Below, piece after piece: positions 37,829 through 47,849 of a DNA stretch of 64,000 nt. Positions within the stretch are counted from its first letter, which is position 1. The number at the start of each line of letters is the position of its first letter. Origin of the DNA: Candidatus Bathyarchaeia archaeon. GTDB taxonomy: Archaea > Thermoproteota > Bathyarchaeia > Bathyarchaeales > Bathycorpusculaceae. A program made the translations under genes and the position numbers. The notes under the pieces are model-generated. The model worked only from the letters and a program-made list of their open reading frames with translations, was not told the origin of the DNA and searched no databases. The stretch lies in contig JAVYUU010000004.1 in assembly GCA_038728085.1 (NCBI GenBank), positions 20,674-84,673 on the forward strand, written 5' to 3'.

Positions 37829-38293
37829 TTACTTTGTCACTAAAACGGGGCATGGGGCGTTTCGGATAACGCCGTCGCTAACGCTTCCCAGAATTATCTC
37901 CTTGATTCGGCTTAGGCCCCTTGCACCCATAACAATGAGGTTGAATTCGCCCTCCTTGGCGGCTTTAACTATTTCCTGAACTGTATGGCCCTCCCTCAGT
38001 ATGGTTTCAGCTTCAACGCCTTGCGCCCTAGCCCTTTCCACCCCCTCAGCTAGGATTCTCTCCCCCGCCGCCTTCACAGCTTCAGCAACCTTGGAATATT
38101 CTGCGGGAGCCATCATTGGAACGCCTGGAGCTAAAGTTGCTGGTTCAGGCACAACCACAGGCCTCACGCTGACCGAGTAGACGTGGATTAGGGTTATTTT
38201 TCCCTCAAACCTTTTGGCTATTTGTATGGCGATGTCCAAGGCCCTCATGGAATGCTCAGAGCCGTCCAGGGGGACAAGAATCTTCTTAAACAA
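37829..38293 (-). CDS. universal stress protein (UspA family)
   Basis: MFKKILVPLDGSEHSMRALDIAIQIA...IVMGARGLSRIKEIILGSVSDGVIRNAPCPVLV matches the UspA family. Confidence 0.9.
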   Translation of the reverse strand: MFKKILVPLDGSEHSMRALDIAIQIAKRFEGKITLIHVYSVSVRPVVVPEPATLAPGVPMMAPAEYSKVAEAVKAAGERILAEGVERARAQGVEAETILREGHTVQEIVKAAKEGEFNLIVMGARGLSRIKEIILGSVSDGVIRNAPCPVLVTK

Positions 38294-38378
38294 AGGGAAG
38301 AGTCCTCCAAAAATTTAGTCATCCCCTAACCTTAATATGCTTTTGGAAAAAAGCAGCCGAGAGGGCGATGTGACGGTG

Positions 38379-38606
38379 TTATAGTAGCCAGAAATCTGTG
38401 GATTTTATTCTACCCTTAGCGTCAATGACTACTTCGAAGCGTTCAGCCCATGGGTGGCCTTCAAGATCTATGGGGCATGTTCCCCTCACAATCCAGCACC
38501 CATCCCGTTGCTCAATGGCGGAAATATCAATTTTTTCAGTCTTCTTCCTCTTTTTCAGAAATTCTAAGGCTATTTTTTGGGCATCTGCTTCCACTAGAAC
38601 TTTCAT
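38379..38606 (-). CDS. hypothetical small protein
   Basis: This is a 75-aa ORF starting at ATG 38606, with GAGAGG 7 nt upstream. No family was recognised. Confidence 0.4.
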   Translation of the reverse strand: MKVLVEADAQKIALEFLKKRKKTEKIDISAIEQRDGCWIVRGTCPIDLEGHPWAERFEVVIDAKGRIKSTDFWLL

Positions 38607-38813
38607 GATCCAGCCTCTCGAGTTCCAGTTATTTTCACAATAGGTTGGCATTAAAAGTTATGAACCTAAAATCCTTAGCGCAGCTAAAGTCATGTCATAC
38701 AGGTGTTTTGCGGGAAACCCTTATAAGTGGCTTTTAGCCATACATGGTGACGTGCAGAACTGCTTCTTCTAGGCGGTTTTTGCACAATAAATAGGTAAAG
38801 GAGTGAGTGCGAA

Positions 38814-38954
38814 ATGTCAAGTAGGGAAATGCATAAGGCAGTTTGCTCTGACTGTGGTCAGGAATGTGACGTTCCATTTGTTCCAGACCCCAGCAGGCCA
38901 GTTTACTGCCGAGAATGCTGGATGAAGAGAAGAAACCAGAGGAGAAGGTATTAG
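38814..38954 (+). CDS. 46-aa CxxC-x17-CxxC zinc-ribbon microprotein (below the ORF-track cutoff)
   Basis: The translation is MSSREMHKAVCSDCGQECDVPFVPDPSRPVYCRECWMKRRNQRRRY. AAGGAGTGA lies 8 nt upstream of the ATG, and the C-terminal tail is basic. Confidence 0.6.
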   Translation: MSSREMHKAVCSDCGQECDVPFVPDPSRPVYCRECWMKRRNQRRRY

Positions 38955-39065
38955 GTTTACATGCGTTTTTCTAAGCCCGCTTTTTCCATATTTTCTTTTA
39001 AGACCTAAATTTTGGGTGATGTTAACTTTTAATAGGCTGGTGTGTATTTTCATGGTGTGATTGTT

Positions 39066-39548
39066 ATGGGCGAGGATAAGGTCTTGATAGCTTATGCCAC
39101 TAAGGGTGGGACTTCCGCTGAAGTTGCCATGCGAATTGCGGATGTTTTGCGGCGGAAGTATGGATTCGATGTTGACGTTGTTAACCTGAAAGAGAAGCCT
39201 TCACCAGACCTTTCGCTGTACAAGCATGTTGTCGTTGGAAGCGGTGTTAGAGCCCAGCGGGTCTACAAGGAAGCGGTGAACTTTCTAAAGAACAACGATT
39301 TTGAAGGGAAGAATGTCGCCATCTTCATTCTATCCTTGGAGGCTGGAAGCCCGAAAACCTATCCTAAGGCCGTGGCAAAGTACATAGAAGCGCTTTTGGG
39401 GAAGTGTCCCCGCGTAAAGCCTGTTGCAGCGGAAGCCTTTGGCGGGAGAATAAAGTTTTTAGGTTTCACGGTGGCTGACGCAGTCAATTTTGGCAAGGTT
39501 GAGGCTTGGGCGGAGAGCCTTGGAGAAAAGTTCCGCGGTAAAACTTAA
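39066..39548 (+). CDS. flavodoxin-domain protein
   Basis: KVLIAYATKGGTSAEVAMRIADVL is a flavodoxin-like FMN-binding N-terminus. The start is taken at the internal Met 39066. Confidence 0.7.
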   Translation: MGEDKVLIAYATKGGTSAEVAMRIADVLRRKYGFDVDVVNLKEKPSPDLSLYKHVVVGSGVRAQRVYKEAVNFLKNNDFEGKNVAIFILSLEAGSPKTYPKAVAKYIEALLGKCPRVKPVAAEAFGGRIKFLGFTVADAVNFGKVEAWAESLGEKFRGKT

Positions 39549-40099
39549 GCCTTTAAACTGTTGATTTTGAACTCCCACATGCACCACAAGTCTTTTGGAT
39601 GGGGATCCGGCGGGCAGACTAGGCAGTTTACCTCCACCTTTGGGTTTAAAGTGTTTACAAAGGTTTTCAGATAGCCAAACCTAACCGTTTTGCATGGGAA
39701 CTCAGCGAGCCCCTTCCTAAGCCTAGCCTCTTGGGTTCGGCATCGGTTTATGCTCAAAATAGCCTTCCCAGCGGACACCTCCACAGTTTTGAAGGGCTGA
39801 TCTAATGCCCAGCTTGTCAGCTGCAGAAGCTCCATTATGGCGGGGATGTCGGGGTTTTCGCCGATTCCAAACATCTTCTGGAGGCTTTTCGCCTCTAAGA
39901 CTGCCATGCTCTCCCAGACATTGGCGTCAATTTGGGCGGCTGCCTTCGTCCCGAACATTTTCTCTATTTCGAGGAAGTATAAGCCGTCGACACGCCACAG
40001 ATTCCTAATTTGGAGGAAAAGGTAGTCCAAAAGTTTTTCCGTGGGCATTTTAGCCAGTTTCTTGCGGTCTTCGTGGCTTCCGGGTGGATATTCTCCCAA
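39545..40099 (-). CDS. hypothetical cytosolic protein
   Basis: The 184-aa ORF has coding-like composition. No confident family assignment was made. Confidence 0.5.
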   Translation of the reverse strand: MGEYPPGSHEDRKKLAKMPTEKLLDYLFLQIRNLWRVDGLYFLEIEKMFGTKAAAQIDANVWESMAVLEAKSLQKMFGIGENPDIPAIMELLQLTSWALDQPFKTVEVSAGKAILSINRCRTQEARLRKGLAEFPCKTVRFGYLKTFVNTLNPKVEVNCLVCPPDPHPKDLWCMWEFKINSLKA

Positions 40100-40185
40100 A
40101 CCTCTTCACCATTCAAGAGTTTTGGCGATAGTTTAGGCGTGATAACCTTTTAAACTTAATTGAAGTAAAAGGCAAGGCGTGAGGC

Positions 40186-40986
40186 GTGTTGGAGCAATTG
40201 GTTAAGACCATATTATTGGGTGTGGTTCAGGGCTTAACCGAGTGGCTTCCCATATCAAGCACCGGCCACCTTAAGGTCTGCGAGCGCCTCCTCGGATTAA
40301 GTGTTCCCCTTCTTTTTGATGTAGCTCTACATGTTGGCACTTTGCTTGTCGTCTTGGCCTTTTTTAGAAGGGATGTTAAAGCCGTCTTAGGGGCGGTTGC
40401 AAGCTTGAACTTTAAAACGGGGCATGGAAGGCTTATTCCATTAATAATTGTTGGGACAGTGCCAACGGCGGTTATTGGATGGCTTTTATCAGAGCTTTGT
40501 GGATATGTCTTCCAAAACCTTTCAATCATTGCCTTGGCGTTCATTATATGTGGCTTTATCCTTTATTTGGCGAGAACTGAAGGGGGCGGGTCTGGCACTA
40601 TTCGTTTTAGGGAGGCTCTCTTAATAGGTGTTGCCCAAGGCTTCGCTGTTGTTCCGGGGCTTTCCAGAAGCGGATTAACTATTTCCATCGCCCTTTTGCT
40701 TGGGATTAAGCGGGAGGAGGCTTTCAGATTTTCCTTTCTTCTATCTGTCCCAGCGGTTGTCAGCGCCTCGGCTTTAACCCTACATAGGGAGTTTAATGTT
40801 CTCATAGCTTCTAGCCTCGGCTTTGTGGACGTTGCCGCTGGGACGATGGTAGCCTTGGTTGTTGGCTACTCAGCCCTAAAATTGTTGTGGAGGGTTTTGG
40901 CTAAAGGAAAATTTTACCTATTTGCCTTTTACTGCTGGGTCTTCGGCGCCCTTCTGCTTTCAGCCATGTTCTTAGGCTTTTTCTAG
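40186..40986 (+). CDS. uppP: undecaprenyl-diphosphate phosphatase (BacA/UppP)
   Basis: GLTEWLPISSTGHL and VPGLSRSGLTISIALLLG are the BacA signature regions. Confidence 0.9.
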   Translation: MLEQLVKTILLGVVQGLTEWLPISSTGHLKVCERLLGLSVPLLFDVALHVGTLLVVLAFFRRDVKAVLGAVASLNFKTGHGRLIPLIIVGTVPTAVIGWLLSELCGYVFQNLSIIALAFIICGFILYLARTEGGGSGTIRFREALLIGVAQGFAVVPGLSRSGLTISIALLLGIKREEAFRFSFLLSVPAVVSASALTLHREFNVLIASSLGFVDVAAGTMVALVVGYSALKLLWRVLAKGKFYLFAFYCWVFGALLLSAMFLGFF

Positions 40987-42423
40987 CCATTTAGGCTTTC
41001 CCTGGAGAAACTCCGTTAAGAATTTGGCAAATTCGCTGTTTCTAGAGTAGACTTCAACTATTTCCGCGTTTTTGTATATTTTGAAGCTCCTGCTCAACGC
41101 TTGGGCTATTTCCTTGGCTACGCCGGCGCTTCTCCCTCCATCTCTGAGTTTTTCGCTTAGAAGCGTGGTGGCATCTGTTTGTTTTCGCTTGATAAGCACA
41201 ACCCATCTATCGTCTTCAATGTACGGTCCAGAAACGGTTTCGGGGTTGGCGGAATGTTTAGCCAAAAACTTTTGGCAGTCCTCAATTTTCTCCAATGGTG
41301 GTCCAAGATGCCTCTTAACCGGCGGGAGGATGTGGCTTTCAAGCTCGAATATGAAGGCGTTTAGGTTTTCCTCGTCGCTCCAAACCGTGTGCCGAAGCAC
41401 TACGAAATCGTTTGTCTCCAAAAGTTTTGCTAGTGAACGCTGAGACCTATACAGTTGCCCCCATAAGACGTCTGGAACTGCCTCTACTCTGCCGAAGATA
41501 ATGAAAACCAATGTGGAACCGCGTTTTTGAAGGGCCTCTTTCAGCTCCCCAACGGTTAACGGCTTTGTTTCGGGTGGATAAAAGAATTTTAGGCTTGGGT
41601 TTTCAAGGAACGCGCGGGCTGCCGCCACGAAGGTGTAGAGTTTTTGGCGCTGCACGGCTGATGCAACGTTTCGTCCCATATCCACCGGGTCAACCACCAC
41701 TAAAGGCTCGTTGAAGAGAAGTGGCAATTCGTCCTTCCTACCCTCGTAGTGGTTTTCTGTGTCCACCACCATCCGCTGCCTGAGGTTGGCGAATGTCCTC
41801 AAAACTTCTAGGAAAGAGCCATAGTGGATGATGAGGAGCTCGCATAGGTATCCGCTGAACCCGCCAACCTTGATCTCAGCACCATAGACGCCTATGCCCT
41901 TCATGAACTTTTTTAGGAGACGTACTTCCCCGCGCATTTGAGGGGTTAGACGTGCCTTCACATAGTCCGTGTGATAAGGTGTGCGGTCTGTGGCGCTTAA
42001 CCATTCTCCACGTTTAGCCTCATAGCATGGCACGATGTTAACGCGGACACCATCCACAAGGGCTTCAAGGTAGGGATGCTCGGCAAACCTCTCTACCTGC
42101 CTAGCGCCCTCCGTGGCTTTCCTAGCAACTTTTAGGGCAACCTCGCCAAGTGCAGTGCGCGGCACCGTGGGGGGTAAGCGCATGAAGATGTCTATGTCTG
42201 GTTCCCCGCTGAGCCACGTGTCCTTAGCCACGGAGCCCTCTAGGCGCACTGCCGCCTTCACGCCGAAATACTCCGCTGCTTCTGCAACCTTCCTTTCTAA
42301 CGTTTTCGCCAACCCCTCTATTTTCTTGCGTTCATCCGGTTTGGGCGTAATTCTCTCTAAAACGGTTTTGCAGACGGCTTCCAGCTTGCCCTGTGTTGGC
42401 ATAAGGTTCAGCCTTGAGGGCAA
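40972..42423 (-). CDS. cca: archaeal class I CCA-adding tRNA nucleotidyltransferase
   Basis: RLEGSVAKDTWLSGEPDIDIFM is the nucleotidyltransferase motif. RTPYHTDYV is present, and the length is about 480 aa. Confidence 0.85.
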   Translation of the reverse strand: MPSRLNLMPTQGKLEAVCKTVLERITPKPDERKKIEGLAKTLERKVAEAAEYFGVKAAVRLEGSVAKDTWLSGEPDIDIFMRLPPTVPRTALGEVALKVARKATEGARQVERFAEHPYLEALVDGVRVNIVPCYEAKRGEWLSATDRTPYHTDYVKARLTPQMRGEVRLLKKFMKGIGVYGAEIKVGGFSGYLCELLIIHYGSFLEVLRTFANLRQRMVVDTENHYEGRKDELPLLFNEPLVVVDPVDMGRNVASAVQRQKLYTFVAAARAFLENPSLKFFYPPETKPLTVGELKEALQKRGSTLVFIIFGRVEAVPDVLWGQLYRSQRSLAKLLETNDFVVLRHTVWSDEENLNAFIFELESHILPPVKRHLGPPLEKIEDCQKFLAKHSANPETVSGPYIEDDRWVVLIKRKQTDATTLLSEKLRDGGRSAGVAKEIAQALSRSFKIYKNAEIVEVYSRNSEFAKFLTEFLQGKPKWLEKA

Positions 42424-42977
42424 TATTCCCGAAGCGTCGTATATATGGGTCCCTTAGGCGTTAAGTCGCTTCTCTTAAGCCTCAAACAGTTAGCCTTCAC
42501 GGTTCCAAACTCGAGGTTCATGTTCTCCATCAGACACTTGGCAAGCTGCGCCTTGTTGCGTCCAGACCTTACACGGGCAATCGTCAAGTGAGGGCTGAAC
42601 CCCTTTGGGTCTGGAGCAAACCCCAAGCTTCGAAGGAAAGGCTCCAGCTGCTCGAAGATTCCTCGAAGCTGGAGGGCTCCATCCCTAATCCCAGCCCAGA
42701 TAACCCTCGGGTTCCGCTGGTTTGGAAAGGCGCCCAAACCCTGAATCTTCACAATAAAAGGTGTAAACTGAACTTTACACATCCCCTCGTAAATTCTATT
42801 CACCATTGGGGGTGTGATGTTGCCCAGAAAACGCAAGGTTATATGAATGTTCTGAGGTTCAACAAACTTCAAATCCGCGCCAGTTCCAGCCAAAATCCTC
42901 TGTACTTTCGTAATGTTTTCTAGAACACTAGAATCCTCAATGTCGAAGGCTATAAAACTCCTTATGGTTTCAGGCAT
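42408..42977 (-). CDS. thpR: RNA 2',3'-cyclic phosphodiesterase (2H family, ThpR/LigT)
   Basis: Two HxT/S motifs are present (NIHITLRFLG and SPHLTIARV). The gene overlaps cca by 16 nt. Confidence 0.85.
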   Translation of the reverse strand: MPETIRSFIAFDIEDSSVLENITKVQRILAGTGADLKFVEPQNIHITLRFLGNITPPMVNRIYEGMCKVQFTPFIVKIQGLGAFPNQRNPRVIWAGIRDGALQLRGIFEQLEPFLRSLGFAPDPKGFSPHLTIARVRSGRNKAQLAKCLMENMNLEFGTVKANCLRLKRSDLTPKGPIYTTLREYCPQG

Positions 42978-43042
42978 CCGACATTCCCTTGCATATCCCT
43001 TTAGCCCAAAACAGCCATAAATGCTTAACCATTTTACCTGAT

Positions 43043-44275
43043 TTACCTGAAAACCTTGAAGGCTAAATATGCCGCCAAGAATGTTAGGCTGCTCGCCAAA
43101 AACACGTATTGGAAACTAAGCTTCTCAGCCAAGAATGGACCAATCAAAGAGCCGCAGGCCCTCCCAAAGCCCTCCAGCGCATTGTAAGCTCCGACTTTCT
43201 CTCTTGGAAGAAGCTCCATTGACAATGCACTTGTGTAGACGGCAAATAAAGCATAGAGAAAACCCAACAGAAATAACACAATAGCCACAGTGAATGTTCT
43301 TAGGAGGAGAGTGTGAATAGAGGCTAACAGCCCAAGGGAAAGCAGACCTCGAAAGAGGGCAACCCGACACAGCATCATTTTCTCCGTATCAATGTTCGGA
43401 TAGCCCCGCATGGTAATGAAATACCCAATGATGCCTCCAATAGAGTTCACTGCGAAAAGGGCGAAAACCAAGTTCCCAGAGTATCCAAGCCCCTTAGACA
43501 GGAATATAGCCATAGGCGTGAACAGAACGTTTGTAGCCAACGAGAAAAGCGCAAAGCCAACACAAAAGGCTTTGACGTTGTCAGCCTTAAGCTCCATCCA
43601 AGCCTCACTGGAAAGCCTCAAAAGAGCCGTTGCACCCCTCAATGTAAGGTCCACTGAGCGCTCAATAGTCACCAGCCCCCTTTCAATTATTAAGATTGGA
43701 TCCCACACGAAAATAAGCGACAGTGCAAAGGCGAGGAAGTGTAGGCCGCTGCAGACCAGCAGAGTTAAAACTGCACTGGCATGGAACATTGCCATGAAAA
43801 AGCCTAGAAGCAGCCCCACAAGCAGTCCGAATTCTGTAAACCCCCTATACCATGCAAAGGCTCTCTCCCATTCCTCGCGGGTGTAAAGCTCAGCTATCAA
43901 AACGTTTCTGGGCGGATCATGAGCCACATGGAAAAACCACAACAAGATGTACAAGAACGTTAAGATTTTGACGTCCACAGTAAACGTGAAAAAATATAGA
44001 ATAACGGCCATGGACAGGAAGGAGAGGAGAATATACCGCCTATAGCGTCCCTCCTTTTCGCAGGCGTATCCCCAGAGGAACGATGATGGAATGGTGACGA
44101 GAATGGCTAGTGCGGACATAAAGCCCACATCGATGAGCGATCCACTGATGGAAACAATGTAGAGTGGAAGGAAAACTGACAGCAAACCGAAGGCCATCTC
44201 GTGAAGGACGAAGCCGAGCCACCACATAAGTGAAGCAACCCAAAATAATGGGATAAAAAGTTTGCCGCCAAACAT
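43043..44275 (-). CDS. MFS transporter
   Basis: This is a 410-aa ORF with about 12 TM segments and the typical MFS layout. Confidence 0.7.
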   Translation of the reverse strand: MFGGKLFIPLFWVASLMWWLGFVLHEMAFGLLSVFLPLYIVSISGSLIDVGFMSALAILVTIPSSFLWGYACEKEGRYRRYILLSFLSMAVILYFFTFTVDVKILTFLYILLWFFHVAHDPPRNVLIAELYTREEWERAFAWYRGFTEFGLLVGLLLGFFMAMFHASAVLTLLVCSGLHFLAFALSLIFVWDPILIIERGLVTIERSVDLTLRGATALLRLSSEAWMELKADNVKAFCVGFALFSLATNVLFTPMAIFLSKGLGYSGNLVFALFAVNSIGGIIGYFITMRGYPNIDTEKMMLCRVALFRGLLSLGLLASIHTLLLRTFTVAIVLFLLGFLYALFAVYTSALSMELLPREKVGAYNALEGFGRACGSLIGPFLAEKLSFQYVFLASSLTFLAAYLAFKVFR

Positions 44276-44377
44276 TATGTGGGATGAATGGAAAACCGCT
44301 AAGTGCCCAACGTGTTTCGTAAACGCTTTTAACCATCAAAAGGCATTGCTATTAGAAACCGTGAAGAAGGGCTTTAA

Positions 44378-44944
44378 GTGGAAAGCGAGAAGCTTGTCGT
44401 CGGTTTGGTTGGAATGCCTGGGGCTGGAAAATCCGTTGTGGTTAATGTGGCGAAAGCATATGGCTATGGCGTCGTCGTCATGGGCGACGAAGTGCGAGAA
44501 GAAGCCAAAAGGCGAGGTTTAGAGCCAACTCCGGAGAATCTTGGCCGCATCATGTTGGAACTGAGGCGTTTAGAAGGTGAAACAGTCATAGCGAAGCGGT
44601 GCATTCCCAAAATAGCCGCAATGGCTGAGGATAAAGTTGTCGTGGATGGCATAAGAAGCCTAGCTGAAGTTGAAGAGTTTAGGCGAAACTTCCCCAAATT
44701 CGTGCTTGTAGCCGTACATGCATCCCCCGAAACACGATTTAAGCGGCTTTTCCACAGGCGGAGAAGCGACGACCCTAAAAGTTGGGAAGTTTTCCACGAA
44801 AGAGACGTGCGGGAACTCAGTGTGGGACTCGGAAACGCCATAGCCCTAGCCGAGTACATGATAGTCAACGAGGAAAGCCTAAACACCGTTAAAAAGCAGG
44901 CCGCTGAAATCTTGAGGAGGATAGAAGCCAAATGGATGAAGTAG
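44378..44944 (+). CDS. UPF0200-type P-loop nucleotide kinase
   Basis: VGLVGMPGAGKSVVVNVAKAYGYGVVVMGDEVREEAKRRGL fits the archaeal UPF0200 family (dephospho-CoA kinase-like). Confidence 0.75.
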   Translation: MESEKLVVGLVGMPGAGKSVVVNVAKAYGYGVVVMGDEVREEAKRRGLEPTPENLGRIMLELRRLEGETVIAKRCIPKIAAMAEDKVVVDGIRSLAEVEEFRRNFPKFVLVAVHASPETRFKRLFHRRRSDDPKSWEVFHERDVRELSVGLGNAIALAEYMIVNEESLNTVKKQAAEILRRIEAKWMK

Positions 44945-45336
44945 AAGTTTATGTTGAAGTGGAAATAAACCCGACAGAATCAGAGGAAAAAGTGAAGAGG
45001 GCCGTTGAAAACGTGTTCGGCAGCATACCCACCCAAATAAAGCCACTGGCAAAGGGTAGCCTATTAACCGCAGAGGCGAAAGGCCTTGAGGCCCTAACAA
45101 AGCTCTACAATCTACTGCGGAGAGAGCGCATCCGCGACGCCGCCCGCAGTGTTCTCTTCGAGGGTTTGAGCGGAAACACAATAACCTTTTACTTAAACAA
45201 GCAAGTCGCTTACGCCGGACACTTGTCCTTTTCAAAGGCCGTGGCAGAATCACCCCTAGGCCCAATAAAAGTGCAGATTAAGTGCGATGATCCAAGGCAG
45301 TTGATTGACTGGCTTGCACCAAAAACAGTCCAGTAG
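44932..45336 (+). CDS. UPF0201/COG1931 archaeal protein (putative RNA-binding)
   Basis: VEVYVEVEINPTESEEKVKRAVENVFG is characteristic of the family. The pairing with UPF0200 is conserved. Confidence 0.7.
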   Translation: MDEVEVYVEVEINPTESEEKVKRAVENVFGSIPTQIKPLAKGSLLTAEAKGLEALTKLYNLLRRERIRDAARSVLFEGLSGNTITFYLNKQVAYAGHLSFSKAVAESPLGPIKVQIKCDDPRQLIDWLAPKTVQ

Positions 45337-45339
45337 AGG

Positions 45340-46708
45340 TTGGATGCTATGGGTTTGGATGAAGTTTACCGCTACATTGATGAGCACGCAGACTCGTTCA
45401 TAGAAGACCTTGTTAGACTTGTTAGGCAGCCAAGCGTCTCAGCAAAGGGCGAGAGCATGGAAGACTGCGCAAAACTCGTTGAGGAAATGATGCTTAAAGT
45501 CGGGCTTAATGCAAGGATTTTGAGGGGTGAAAGGGGAAACCCCGTTGTATATGGCGAAGTCAAATCTGAAAAAAACCACTAAAACGCTTCTATTCTACAA
45601 CCATTATGATGTACAGCCTCCGGAGCCTCTGGAAGAATGGAAGTACGATCCCTTCAGCGGCAAAGTCGCCGACGGAAAAGTGTACGGCCGAGGCGCCGTG
45701 GACAATAAGGGAAACCTTGTTTCAAGACTTAAGGCTATCCAAGCTTACATGGAAACGGCTGGCAGTGTCCCAGTAAACATTAAGTTTGTTGTAGAAGGCG
45801 AAGAGGAAATTGGAAGCCCAAACTTGGAGCCAATAATCAAAAAGCACAGACGGCTTTTTTCGGCAGACGCTGCCCTATGGGAGTTCGGCGGCACCGATAG
45901 GCATGGAAGACCCCATCTATATTTGGGTTTGAAGGGAGTTCTATCCGTGGAGCTGCGGGCTAAGTGCGCCCTTAAAGATGTACATTCCGCCAATGCACCC
46001 CTAATCCCAAATGCAGCTTGGAGGCTTGTTTGGGCTTTAAGCACGCTGAAAGACAAGAATGAAAAGATCCTGATTGAGGGTTTTTACGACGGGGTTCAGC
46101 CCCCCTCCGATGAGGAAATCGGATGCTTAAAGAATATTCCCTTCGAGGAAAAAGAACTCAAAGAAGAGCTTGGCCTAAAACAGTTTTTGAGGGGCTTATC
46201 TGGCTTTGAAGCCTTGAAGGCTCTGCTTTTCCAGCCCACATGCACCATAAATGGCTTGTTGTCCGGCTATACCGGCAAGGGCTCCAAGACAGTTCTGCCC
46301 CGAGAGGCTATGGTTAAACTGGATTTTAGGCTTGTCCCAAACCAGAAACCCAACGAAATACTTAGGAAGTTGAAACGCCACCTAGAAGTCCAAGGCTTCA
46401 GCGACATTGAAATAGTCCAGTACGGCTCCACGGAACCCGTTAAAACACCGGTCAGCGACCCTTTTGTGGGTTTAGTGGCAAAAACAGCTGAAAAGGTTTA
46501 TGGAAATAAAGCCGTTATATACCCGCTTAGCGCAGGCTCTGGACCCATGCACTTGTTCCGAAATCTTTTAGGTTTTCCAGTGGTTTCAGCCGGATGCGGC
46601 CATCCAGAATCCAACACCCACGCGCCAAACGAAAACCTCAGGATTGAAAGCTTCATTAAAGGAGTCAAGTTCATCGCCGCCTTAATAGATGACTTTGCCA
46701 AATGGTGA
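45340..46708 (+). pseudogene. M20-family metallopeptidase (ArgE/DapE/CPG2-like) interrupted by a +1 frameshift in an A7 run (45569-45575)
   Basis: ORF1 ends ...GNPVVYGEVKSEKNH*. ORF2, in the next frame, carries TLLFYNHYDVQPPEP...GRGAVDNKGN. Deleting one A gives a continuous 455-aa protein (..VKSEKTTKTLLFYNHYDV..). Confidence 0.85.
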
Positions 46709-47717
46709 TGCCAGTTTGTCATCCAAGGCGACGATAACCGACAGGGGTGCCATAATCCTCGGCAAAAGCGTGGCATGTGACGCCTTCGAGGAATCCAGAC
46801 CCATCAGAATCGTAACCCACGCCCATGCGGACCACATGATTGGCTTGCAGCAAAGCCTCCGCACATGCGAAAAAGTCCTCATGACGAAAGCCACGAAGGA
46901 TCTAATTGACGTTATGCGGAGTCCCCTTTTCCTCATGGGCGGATACGTGGAAACACTGGATTATGGTAAGGTCATGAATTACGGAGAGGAAAGCATAACC
47001 CTTTTCCCCGCGGATCATATTCTAGGCGCGGCCCAAGTGCTTGTTGAAGACGCTGAAGGCACAAGGATAGTCTATACGGGAGACTTTAGGCTTGAAGGAA
47101 CACCAGTGCTGGAGGCAGATATCCTCGTAATAGAAGCCACATACGGTAGCCCCTCATGCAGACGCCCCTTTAACCGGGACGTTAAGGAAATGCTTGTTTC
47201 CATCGTGGAGGAAGGCCTAAAACACGGCGCCGTTTATGTTTTCGGCTATCATGGCAAACTACAAGAGGTCATGCAGATCCTTTATGAGGCTGGCTTAAAG
47301 GCACCGTTCATAGCACCAGAAAGGGTCTTCCAAGTTTCAAAAATATGCGAAAGGCATGGCATGCGCATTGGGCGCGTTTACAGGCTTGAGGAGAAGGAGT
47401 TTAGGGGCATGCTTGAAAGAAATCAGCCCTGCGTGGCTTTCTATCACATGGGCTCGCGGGGCAGAGTTGGGCGGGGATGCTTCTGCATCTACGTTAGCGG
47501 CTGGGAGTTTGACATGCCATGTCGGGAAATCGCCGAGAAAGAGTATGTTATAGCCCTCAGCGACCATTCGGATTTTGACGGTTTAATGGAATATGTGAGG
47601 CGTTCAAAACCCAAATTTGTTATAACTGATAATTTCCGTGTCGGTTATGCTGAGACTTTGGCTAGGTGTATACAGCGTCGTTTCAATGTTTCGGCTGTGG
47701 CTTTGCCTAGGCGTTGA
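46689..47717 (+). CDS. metallo-beta-lactamase-fold, beta-CASP-like hydrolase (putative nuclease)
   Basis: IVTHAHADHMIGL (HxHxDH), EATYGSP and ALSDHSDFDGL are present. The start is uncertain, because the listed start overlaps the previous gene by 20 nt. Confidence 0.7.
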   Translation: MTLPNGDASLSSKATITDRGAIILGKSVACDAFEESRPIRIVTHAHADHMIGLQQSLRTCEKVLMTKATKDLIDVMRSPLFLMGGYVETLDYGKVMNYGEESITLFPADHILGAAQVLVEDAEGTRIVYTGDFRLEGTPVLEADILVIEATYGSPSCRRPFNRDVKEMLVSIVEEGLKHGAVYVFGYHGKLQEVMQILYEAGLKAPFIAPERVFQVSKICERHGMRIGRVYRLEEKEFRGMLERNQPCVAFYHMGSRGRVGRGCFCIYVSGWEFDMPCREIAEKEYVIALSDHSDFDGLMEYVRRSKPKFVITDNFRVGYAETLARCIQRRFNVSAVALPRR

Positions 47718-47776
47718 GCGTTTGTATTAAGTATTACTACACAAGATTTATCTTCTATTCTGCAATTTATACTATT

Positions 47777-47801
47777 GAGTTCGGATATAGATTCCGAACT
47801 C
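47777..47801 (+). terminator. perfect 9-bp stem hairpin (GAGTTCGGA-tatagat-TCCGAACTC) downstream of the MBL gene
   Basis: The hairpin is seen directly in the sequence, 60 nt after the stop at 47717. No oligo-T tract follows it, so a terminator role is uncertain. Confidence 0.25.
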
Positions 47802-47849
47802 GTATGACTTAAATAAGAAGAAACCAGACCACTCGGATGCGGAAAAGGC

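Noticed and set aside
45527-46708. Treating the 393-aa ORF as an independent gene starting at Met 45527
   Set aside because: Its first 15 codons overlap the upstream ORF, and the M20 homology runs continuously across the A7 run. A single frameshifted gene explains both ORFs.
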